A stretch of 20,000 nt of DNA from Trypethelium eluteriae. Lineage: Eukaryota. The position numbers and the translations under genes were made by a program. Below are positions 1 to 9,825 of the stretch, in pieces. The stretch is from contig JAVECL010000047.1 in NCBI GenBank assembly GCA_051942245.1, positions 56,110 through 76,109 of the forward strand, read 5' to 3'. Position 1 is the stretch's first letter. Every line of letters starts with the position of its first letter. The notes below the pieces were generated by a model, which ran no database searches, was not told the origin of the DNA, and saw nothing but the letters and a program-made list of their open reading frames with translations.

Positions 1-51
1 CGCGCATCAGAAACTGTATGCCATTGATCATCCCAAGCAGACTCAGTCGTG

Positions 52-1175
52 ATGGCAGATACATCTACCCCTGACGCGCGTCCGCCTACTGCAAAGATCT
101 CAGATGTGATTACGACCTTCAGACCCTCTAGACGCTTTCAACCGGAAAGCTCGAAAACGTCGGTGACGTCCCTTGACTTTGACGATACGGGAGAGCTTTC
201 GGTGGTCGCTCGAGATGACGACACACTCCATCTCTACAACTGCAAGTCCGGCAAGCATGCGAAGGAACTGAAAAGCCAAAAGTATGGCGTGCATTTGGCA
301 CGGTTCACGCACAATGCGCAAAGTTTGATATATGCCAGCACTAAACAGGATGGTACGTTCATATCTCTTCAATCAGGGATCTCTCTCACCAGTACCATAC
401 AGATGGAATCCGTTATCTTTCATCCCATGACAATTCGTATATCCGCTACTTCAAAGGCCATACCGATACCGTCACATCCATTGCTCTCTCCCCGGCCTCT
501 GATACCTTCCTCTCATGTTCTCGCGATAACACCGTGCGCTTCTGGGCTCTCAATTCTGCTAACGCACAGGGGCAGCTCAACCTCCATGCGGCTTACCTGT
601 GTGCCTTCGACCCCTCTGCAACAGTGATCGCCATTGCCTCACCACCTACCCAAACAATCCTCCTATATGACTCACGCAATTACGATAAGGCACCCTTCGC
701 TTCGTTTGAGACGCGAGATTTTGAGCAAAAATACACACCCCAGACGGCGGGACGCGAGTGGAGCAAATTAGAATTCTCCAATGATGGCCGCAACCTCCTT
801 CTCAGCACCAACAGTGGCGCTGGACATTTTGTGCTCGACGCTTTCGACGGTGTTTTGCGCTGGTTCTGCGCGATAGACAGCGGCAGTGGGCCATCCGGCC
901 GCACATCTCCTAGTGACAAAGGAGGCATAGCTGGTCAGGGCGACGCATGCTTTTCTCCGGACGGTCGATACCTGCTAAGCGGTTGCGGTAGGAACGCAAT
1001 TCTAGTATGGGATGTAAATTCACCAAAGAACCCAGAGAAGATCTTGCGTCCAATGACGGAGCTTCCGGGCCCTGGCAAGGCGGCCGTGGTAGGATACAAT
1101 CCGAAACACAATCTAGTGTGTTCTGCTGATAAGGACCTGATTTTTTGGCTTCCGGATCCTGATCTCGCCCCATGA
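52..1175 (+). CDS. SWD2: COMPASS/CPF WD40 subunit Swd2 (WDR82 family), ~357 aa, 2 exons
   Basis: Exons 52-352 and 403-1175. Intron 353-402 reads GTACGT...CTCAC...TACAG. The spliced frame gives family-typical motifs: SLDFDDTGE, LKSQKYGVHLARFTH, DDGIRYLSSHDNSYIRYFKGH, LEFSNDG, FSPDGRYLLSG. Confidence 0.93.
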
Positions 1176-3591
1176 TAACCGGAAATTCTAGCGTAGCATT
1201 GGAAATGAGGGGTACTGTGTTGAAGGTGGGTTGCAATAAAAGTTGGCTGGCCTTGAAGCTCTGCATGCTCGTAGCAGTCCCTGTTGCCAGGCTGAGGTAC
1301 TCCGGTGGTGTTTCAGTGCTTTCCTTAGATGTCTTCCTTAAAAGGGTATCCAGAAACGACATCCGGGTCAAACTTACGCGATCGACATTAGGCACCTCAA
1401 GTTTGTGGGACCTGTTGTCAACAACGCACGTCATGCATCCTGAGCAGCTCAAGGCGAGGATCCAGCTTCGTAGTGCACCGGAGCTGACATGCGCATCATT
1501 AAGATTCACATATCCAAGCCAAGGACCAATGTCGGCCTGCCAACAAGTGCCGCTGGTTAACTGACGACATCCTGGGGCATCGTCATCTGTGCCAGGCCGA
1601 GCATGCGGTGAGACTCTGCAAGACCAAGGATTTTCAGGAAGAGCGGAAAGTATTCCGGAGCTCGCTCGGTTGGCCTTTCAAACGTAATCAGTAGCCAACT
1701 TGGCAAATGCTGGCATCGTGCATCAGTCACCGTAGAGAAATTTGGGAGGGCCTCAGGCCGGAAACATGGGAAACAGGCCGATCTGGACATGGCCGACTCT
1801 ATAGTTCCGGTGTAGTAAGCTCTTGCGAGGTCTTACCTGAAATTGAAAACATGCTTTGGTCTACTTTTGAGCGCGCACGTTTCCTGCAAACCGATTTTCT
1901 CAAGGCAGCTTTCCCAGGGGGTTGACGCAGATCCAGCGATCCCTACCTATTGCCATCAACATTGCGTCCAATCTAGTGATTGGAGTGGGATCCAGAGTAA
2001 TTGAGAAGTGTCAAGACTATCAGCATATGTTTCCAGAATTTCGTCGGTATCCTGCTAAATTTGTACGCAGTAGGTATGTCGAGATCGACAGAGTCTCGGG
2101 TGCACGACACAAGTAAGTTGAATGCCGTGTTCGGCTTACTCGAGTCAGGGATTCTTCACAGGTAAGACTTTCCGTGCTCCTCTCTGGGTCTCTTGTCGTT
2201 GTCATGGATTGTTGAACAGAGAGCAGCCTTACGTGTGCTTGATGGACAAGAATGAAGGGCCTGTATTGAAGAAAGCCATGGATTGCCCCCGGGTGCCTTC
2301 AGTAATATAGACGCTAATCTGGCATCTGGCATATCCCCCTTCCTGCGAAAGTTCATGCTCCACAAATTCAGCCATGGTCGGAGTTCGGTCGGGACTAAGC
2401 TCCGCAGAAAGGAAGGTGCCACCTGCCACTTCAGAGGACAAACCTGCGGTGCCTGAACCACACCTACCTTCACCACACAAGACGGAGTACTCCTTAAAGG
2501 AAGTTCGACGACCACTCTCGCCAAATGACCGCATGCAGAGATTACTTCCGTAGTGTCTGAGACAGCCTGCCCAGGCTCCTGCTTCGTACTTGGGCCCTTG
2601 TCCTGTCAATATCACTAAATGGAAAGATTGGCATTTGCCTTGGAAACCCTTAATCCGATCGGCACCCGCCAAATTGGGCCCCTGCCCTATGATAGGGCTC
2701 CAGAAGCATCCAAGCAGCATCCATGTTCTTGCCTCGTGACCGCGGCATGGAGCAGGCTTCTCCGCAAATGCGAAATGGGCTTGTGCATGGTGCCACTGCG
2801 CAGTGCCCTTTCGTCCAACCCATGTGGCCTGGGCACGATCGACGCCCGAAAAGGGATTTGGAGGATCGCTGCGCTTTGACCCGCGAGGAGGCGGGAAGAA
2901 AACCTATCTCTGCTACGTTAATATTACCTCTTGCTTTTTCTTCGAATTATTTCCTTGGGTGAGCCATAGCGGAGCTCCCAATTATTTCCGATGTTAGCGT
3001 TTCAGAAATGGCGAAGTCTCCGCTATAGTATTGCTCTAGTCCTTGGATTGCCTTTCGCGTGCTCCGTACCAAGGCCTGAACGCGCTGCTGAGCCGTAGGG
3101 CCAGGGAGATGGAGCGGGGCCACGGGGATTAGTAGAAGAGAGTAAGAGCAAAAGGCTGCGGAGAGGCGGTGCCTGCCGAGCAACTATCACATTGAGGAGA
3201 AATCGTTACATATTAAGCATGCCCAGCTGTTGGTAGCGTCTCGCTAATTTTCTGTTCTCGTCACCTGGTGGGTCTTCGGCGATTGGGGGAGATTTCATGT
3301 AGGTTCAAAAGTTCAAGCTTTGGAGCAGTTCGTCTCGTGCCCGTGCTTAGTACCTGACTTGAATAAACCTTCAAATTTTCTTTCTACTTTCCTCATTCTC
3401 ACTTTACAGTCGTTTCTTCCTCTGGCTGCTCAGCCGGGTCTGAGTTGCCACTACGTATCAAGCTGTTGTCGACTTCGAGATATAGTCGTTATATACCCAA
3501 CCCTTGTCCCCAATCGCGTCTTTGATATTCCAGCTATCCTTTTACGAGCATTGAGCATGCGGACGCCTATCCATGTATCACCTCGTCAATT

Positions 3592-4446
3592 ATGACACGA
3601 GCCTGGTTCCTTTGCCCATCACCACCAAGGACCTCATCTGGGACGTCTGTTCCTGTAAACGGTCTGACGTTCAAGCTCAATATCAATCGAATCTCATCAG
3701 CTTTGGACCCAGCTCGCGCTATCATAAGCTCAGCAATGAAACGTGGCCGATCAGCGGACGATGTTGATGGAGACGCGACCGCGTTCTTTGCGAGTAAGAA
3801 GCAACGTCTTCATTTGCAGCTCTTTACCTCGAGGCTTAGCACGCCCTACGCGGCACCTTCCAGTTATATCGTCGGTCAAGGAGACTCTAAAATCGCAGTC
3901 TGGGCCAAACAGAGAGGTTTTGGTGTCGAGAGTCAAGGACGAGATTTGAGAAGGGTAGCGAGCATAAATATGATGAAGAAACGAGTTAGCAACGAAAACC
4001 ATGCTGCGGGCTTGAAGAACTCTACAGAAGAGACATTGCAAGGCCTCCAACGCCGTCCTCATGCTAGGCCCCATTCAGTGCCGCCCTTTGCCATCCCGCC
4101 GTCACCACTAGGAGTTTCCAATTACACGGCGCTTGATGATGAGGATCCCTTCAGCGAACAAGACATTCCTGATCCAGACAACCAGAGAAAGAACGAAATA
4201 TACAGTGACTTCAATATCCTTGATCCTGTCGAGCGCGATCCGGAGAGAGCTGCGGAGGAAGACGAGCTGCACTCGGTCTTCGCGAGGGTGCCACTGGAGA
4301 TTTCGTATTCACAACTACAGCGAGAGGAAAAAATGGTTGTGGACGTCGTTGGACAGGTGGAACGGCCTCCTAGCCCGCCTGATCTGTTGCGCGAGGTTCT
4401 AAGGGAGAAGGAAAAGCAAGGAGAAACGTCGTTCATGGAACTCTAA
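3592..4446 (+). CDS. Conserved fungal hypothetical protein, 284 aa, single exon (start may be the Met at 3736)
   Basis: Long ORF. The block KKQRLHLQLFTSRLSTPYAAPSSYIVGQGDSKIAVWAKQR and the later PPSPLGVSNY / IYSDF motifs resemble an uncharacterised Pezizomycotina family (from memory). Basic NLS-like patch near the N-terminus. Confidence 0.75.
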   Translation: MTRAWFLCPSPPRTSSGTSVPVNGLTFKLNINRISSALDPARAIISSAMKRGRSADDVDGDATAFFASKKQRLHLQLFTSRLSTPYAAPSSYIVGQGDSKIAVWAKQRGFGVESQGRDLRRVASINMMKKRVSNENHAAGLKNSTEETLQGLQRRPHARPHSVPPFAIPPSPLGVSNYTALDDEDPFSEQDIPDPDNQRKNEIYSDFNILDPVERDPERAAEEDELHSVFARVPLEISYSQLQREEKMVVDVVGQVERPPSPPDLLREVLREKEKQGETSFMEL

Positions 4447-4648
4447 AAGCATTGTTTCTTGCCGCTTCTGCCCTAAGTCCATACTGTATCATATCGCCAC
4501 GCCATCTCCGAAGAGAGACTTGGGATACTGCCATTAATGGTCCCGAGTTTTGTGCCGCTTATTCTTAAAGCTGCTCTTCGATTCTCGGACTCATCATAGT
4601 TCGCGAAAAAAAAATTTATCCACTGGTCTATTTTCGGTCTGAGAATAT

Positions 4649-5564
4649 TTAAGATAATTTGCGCTCGCGATCAGTGGCAATCTCACACATTGCCTATTGG
4701 ATCGACGTAAGTACTGTGGCTTCACATTCTCGAGAGAACCTACCTTGATTGCTGCCGCTCGTTCGGACTGAGTATCGCTGCCGGTAATCCTTGCACGCAT
4801 ATCCTCCATAATCGTCTGCCTACTTCGACCGTTGACGAAAGTGCTGCCATCCGTCAGCCTCCTCCAGTAATGGAGCATGTTGCTCTGGTTCTTTGGTTGA
4901 AGGAGATGAGAAGTGAAACAATAGAGTAATATCGTGCAACTTCCAAGACATTGCCAGTAGTAGCGCACCGTTCTCCTGTTAGTTGCACCACTAATATGCA
5001 AATCATTGGGGATGTGTTGAGGGTGACCCTCAGTTCAAGCATTTTGGATTTTGGACGGCGCTGCGTGACTCTTTGAAATTCCTATTGTTGGATTGGTGTT
5101 TTTCCCCCCCTTCTTGCTCTTGGAATGACATGACAACAATGTAATCTGCCAAATGAAGGGATTACGTACACATAGCGCAAGCCAGGAAATTTCTTTTCAT
5201 ACTCGTCATTCAGTGACATAAGCTGTGCCGCTTCTTCCCCTCCACCCTGTAGCTGAGCTTGCTCATATTGACTTTGTGCACTTTCAACCTTCTTGGCCCC
5301 AAGACGAGGGTGTGCACAGAGAATTTGGTCAAGCAGCTGCTTGTCACTTGGGGAAGACGACTCCGAGAGTTCTGTCAACTGCGCCCCCACAGCGGCGATG
5401 AGATCGTTGTAGCTTGTAAAAGGTTCATTGAGAAGAAGATTAAGCGAGAGAGTATGCAGTGGCACAGAAGGCTCAAAAAGCGTATCGAGAACTGCGGCTC
5501 GTTCTGCTTCCCAAGAGATTTGTAATTCCCAGATGGGGGGTAGACGGCTTAAAGACGTGTCCAT
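4649..5564 (-). CDS. OHCU decarboxylase (urate-to-allantoin pathway, URAD/PRHOXNB family), ~179 aa, 3 exons
   Basis: Exons 5564-5170, 4843-4744, 4693-4649. Introns 5169-4844 (GTACGT...GCTGAC...GGCAG) and 4743-4694 (GTAGGT...CTTAC...AATAG). Motifs LFEPS, ILCAHPRLG, SQYEQ, LNDEYEKKFPGLRYV/TFVNGR, AMCEIATDR. Confidence 0.92.
4862..5056. ncRNA. Candidate structured intronic RNA (H/ACA snoRNA-like or splicing-regulatory element)
   Basis: Several inverted repeats in the 326-nt intron: 4934-4941/4981-4988 (8 bp perfect), 4877-4886/4923-4932 (10 bp with 2 G-U on +), 5018-5032 and 4862-4875. On the minus strand, ANANNA (ATATTA) boxes flank the main hairpin and ACA lies at 4880-4878. No rRNA target identified. 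Confidence 0.3.
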
Positions 5565-5616
5565 TAGTAGGCTGCCACCGTTACACTGCTTATAATAAAT
5601 CACAATAAGACCAAAG

Positions 5617-5776
5617 CTATCTTCTCATTCGCAGAGACAAAGAATTTGGTGTGGTACGCCGGACCAAACCGAGCGGTCTTGGATTTTGGGACCGGGCTAG
5701 GCGGTGTGGTGGTGCCCTAGAGAGAAAAAGGATAGGAGTCATCTCCCGTCATTCGCTATTGCGGATTGATAGATAG
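5617..5776 (-). promoter_or_regulatory. Putative purine-catabolism promoter module: UaY/PPR1-type CGG-N6-CCG site plus HGATAR sites
   Basis: 5659-5672 reads TCGG-TTTGGT-CCGG on the minus strand, one mismatch to the UaY consensus TCGG-N6-CCGA, ~95 bp upstream of the OHCU ATG. HGATAR at 5617-5622, 5767-5772 and 5771-5776. Confidence 0.55.
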
Positions 5777-6295
5777 CCGTGCAAGGAAAAATCCATGTGC
5801 GCGCACATGCCGATCTGCAAGAAAGAGCACTCCGTCTGGCTTTTATGCCGCATGATGAAACCTAGAACTTGCAGCTGACTACGCGGCTACGCCTTTACGG
5901 ACGACACGCCCGTCGCTTAGAGGTGTCGTCCTCTTCTTCCCGATTTATTGAGTATGATGGTATACGCAACCATTGTCCAACGCCGCAGCGACGGAGTACG
6001 ACGACCACATCGGACGCATCGGTTCTCAGTGACGACATGAACTTGGTCTCATCCGTAAAACCCCTCGATGGGTTTGCTCCGGTGCTTGGCTTTCGTGGGG
6101 CCGTGGCCGTGGCGATTTGATCTACCGCTGGGATCACCACCGACCCCTGATTGCTCGGCCCGTTAGCATCATCTCGCCGCGCCACGACATTCAGGTTCCT
6201 CCTCCCCTCCCCCAGACGTCTAAACTTGGAAATCCCCTTCTTGTCTGCCCCAGAGCAGCCGAGGCGGCCTCTGTTCTTGAGCGCAGCCTGCTGCC

Positions 6296-9200
6296 ATGTC
6301 GCTCAATGGGCTGGACAATCCCAACATCACAGCGGCGTTTCAATCAGCTCTTGGTGAGGCTGGTGGATGGTTCGTAACCCTCGGTCCCTCTGTTAAGCGA
6401 CTAACAAACGACTAATTTAACCTAGGTTTCTGCTGAAATATACTTCACGGGATGAAGTCGACTTGTATGCTCGAGGGCACGGAGGAATCGCAGATTTACG
6501 AGCTGCAACTACCCAATATTCCGAGACATCACCACTCTACGGATTCCTACTCTATCGACGGCGGAAAGTCCTAGTCAAACACATCCCAGAAGGCACATCA
6601 CGTTTACTACAAGGTAATGGGCACAGTCAATTCATCCGTCGATCACAGCTAAAGCCGAAGTGAAGCTCGAGTCACTGTGCATTTTCAGGCTATCACTGAA
6701 AAATTCTCTCCCTTCGATACAATCCTTACGTCTAATACTCCAGATGGTCTGAATGATAGCGCCCTCGCCGTGGCCTTCCCTCTGCATACTGCGTCGCCGT
6801 CCAATTCTTCAAGTAGGCTACATGAAATTGCCGAGGATGGCGAGGATACACAAATTCAAGCGAAAAGGACTGAAAGTCCTCTGGATGAGATAGATGCTGG
6901 CCGTCCAGCGGCTGAACTCAAGAATGAAGCAGATTTGCCCGAGCAACTTGACACGCCGATCATAAGTGTGACAGACGAAAAGAGCTCGATGCTGCTCAAA
7001 TCAAATACGGTTGGCTCCAAGATTGTAGTCTCAGAAGGAGAGCTAAATCGAGCTGATATGCCTAAATCGGACACGGAGCCATCCGCACAGTTACCATCCT
7101 ATGATCACATGGGCAATTACGAGTTCCTTGGAAATACAGAAGATCCGCCACGTCGGTCAACTCAAAGTGCACGTACCATCGTTCCAGACTTCAGCCTTTA
7201 TGATATCAAGCCAAAAGTCAAGTTGGGCCCCAGGCCATCACTAGATGCAAGAAGGCGGCCAAATACCTCAGGAGCAAACGGAGGTGCGGGAAACCGACCC
7301 ATATCTACCCTGCCTGCTGGACTCAAGATGTTCCCAAAACGAGTGCCGGAGCAGTCAAGAAAATCCGAGGACGTACCCCGGCCAAAATCCTTTAATGAAA
7401 ATCAGACGAGCAGTGGCATGATTATGCCTACACCTCCACCGATTCCTGACGTTCCAGTGATCGCACCTACGAGTCCTCGACCGACAAGCCGCGGCAGCAC
7501 GAAGTCAATGCCATCATCAATGACTCCAGAGAAAAAGAGACTAATGAAAGCTTTGGAATTGAGGAGAAAACAATTGGCTACAACGAAAGCAATCTCTGCG
7601 ACCAAGACAAAGCCGGAGATCAATGAAACCCGACCTGTCGCAGTTGAGGTAAAACCTGCAGAAGAAATGAGTAACGAAGGTGATTCTAGCACATCTGGCT
7701 CTGGAACAAAGGCAGACTCTGGCATTGGACTTCAGTATGAAGGAAAGTCGCAACTAGATGACACGACGAATATGACACCTTCAGCCCATGGTCGAGATGA
7801 AGGATCGAACACATCTACAGAATCACAAGTGGTTTCAAAAAGTCGGACAGAAGTTCTTCCAAATGATTCCCATCCCGAGCTTGTAAGCTCTACAGATGTG
7901 TCTGATACCGCATCTTCTACAAGTTTGGGCGGCGATCTCATTGCGGAGCGTGGCATGCCAGATTCAATATTACCTAAAGCGACTGCTCTAGAGACAGTAC
8001 TTCCCTGCAAAGAACCCACCGATGGGGATGAAGGAACGCTCCCAATCGCAGAAGACTCCAAGGAACCTGAAAAGTTAACTCTCTCCCTTGAAGTCGGCGA
8101 GAACGATTTCATTGCCAGCAATCTGAGACAGAAACGGCGGGGGATCGTGGAACCAATACAGATCCACGTCAGTCCTGAAAACTCCGAGCCTGATTATCTT
8201 TCAGACGACTCTTTCATGGAGGAGCTTCAAAGTGCAAAGGTCGAAGAGGCCAAGTCTCTTTCTGTTTCCAAGTCGCCAGCTACGCCAGTCTTCTCAAGAC
8301 GACCAAGTTCAACCTCTGCAAACTCTCGAACCCCGAGGCCAGGCTCATGCGTTAGTTCAGAAAAGACAGAGACTCAAGCAGACCAAACGTCAGTTGTGGA
8401 GACGCGAAGCACCACTCAGGGGCTGCGCTCTCCAGCACCTCATAGCCAAAGATCACAAGAAGCTGCGAATGTTTCTAGGCAAAGGACTGTATCGTCCGGC
8501 ATTTCGAAGCGCATACAAGCTCTCGCGGAGCACAGTCATAGCCCAAGTCCTCCTGCAAGCAGTCATTCGGCCATTAAGACGGATGGACCGCACTCATTCC
8601 TCGCGCTTCGAAAGCAGTCATTTCGAGGCCAGTCTCGAGCTAGTGTTCTTAGCTCCCCCAGACTCCAAAGAGGGCCCAGTAAGAGCGAAGATAGCCGCAT
8701 TCAGAGCCGTGAGGAGGGTCAGACAACGTATCAAATCCACCACAAGAATGGTCGCCCTGAATCTATATCGGTGACCGCTCGGATTGTCCGCAGTCCTCGT
8801 GTAGAGGGTCCAGAGCTCCAATCGCCATCAGAAACCGGCTCCCTAGAACTCTATCAAAGTCCACTCATTATCAACCATCAGAAAGCCGAGGATGCTACCC
8901 CGAGGTCGCCTTCTCCCAACAAGGCTCCAACACCCTCTTCTCCATTCCCCCAGACGCAGACTGCAAATCGCAGCGAGACGGTCCCTCTATTACCTTCGGA
9001 GCAGTCAAATAGAAGGTCAACGTCCAGTGCAGGCCAGCGTACTTCCGAAAGCTATGGGCGCCATTCCGCTCAGGCACGTCCAAGTAGCGATCTCAAGTCT
9101 AATCCACCTCCAACGGCTCGTAGTCACCAGTCCAACAGTAGCCTAGCATCTGAAGAATTATCACAGGACAATAGCGTTGATGCTAATATCGGTAAGCGAA

Positions 9201-9825
9201 AGTCTCGCACGAGTCGCCTTTTCAAACGCATGAGCAACAGTATGAGCTCGGCCAATAGCCATCGTCGCCGAAGTCTCGCAGCGATGATGAGCCCATCCAC
9301 AACCGGGCCACTTGAGGAGGAGAGTCGCCTTGGAGCGGACGAATCAACTGAACCTCTTGTTGAGGAGCAAATGTTGGAAAAAGGCAGTGCATGGTCGCCC
9401 GTGGTGGTAGGCGATCTGAACATTCAATTTCCTGACACATTATTGTGGAAGCGAAGATGGGTCCAGATCGATGCACAGGGGTTTCTAATATTGGGCTTGA
9501 GCAAAGCAAATGAGGTAAAGTTCTCAATTCTCCAACCCGATGGGCCCATGCTCACACCGCAAGCAGCATCAGAGAGGCGTCACTAAGAAATACCATTTCT
9601 CGGAATTCAAACGACCTTTTGCCCCTGACCAGGATAGGCAAGAGCTTCCAAATAGTGTAATTTTGGATTTCCGAGACGGCAGCACTCTACAATGCGCAAG
9701 CGAGGATTACTTTGGGCAGGCTCGTGTATTGGAAGGTAAGAGATACGAAACATACCCTCCATTACTTGCCAATTACTGATCTCGTAGCAGTGCTCCAAAA
9801 TGCACACAAAGCCTGGAATCCCTAA
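6296..9825 (+). CDS. ~1104-aa protein: N-terminal ADF-H (cofilin-like) domain, long S/P-rich disordered linker, C-terminal PH-like domain, 5 exons
   Basis: Exons 6296-6369, 6426-6613, 6666-9514, 9567-9735, 9791-9825 (3315 nt, in frame). N-terminus MSLNGLD...GGWFLLKY.SRDEV...PLYGFLLYRRRKV...SRLLQARVTVHF. C-terminus GDLNIQFPDTLLWKRR...QELPNSVILDF.DGSTLQCA. Confidence 0.85.

Noticed and set aside
353..627. C-terminal part of ORF 49..627, and similar tails of ORFs 5082..5603, 6677..9586 and 18146..18868
   Set aside because: These are read-through into introns. The spliced frames restore the conserved motifs.
1176..3591. Telomerase RNA, RNase P/MRP or SRP RNA in the large gap
   Set aside because: No TAACCCTAA template seen on either strand, no matched CR-I/CR-V pair, and TCAGGCCGGAAAC near 1753 lacks the AGCAG partner of SRP helix 8.
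4649..4663. Peroxisomal PTS1 on OHCU decarboxylase
   Set aside because: The protein ends RKLS*. The terminal tripeptide KLS does not fit the PTS1 consensus.
4844..5169. TPP riboswitch in the long intron
   Set aside because: The conserved aptamer motifs (CTGAGA; TGAT...GATAAT...AGCG) are absent.
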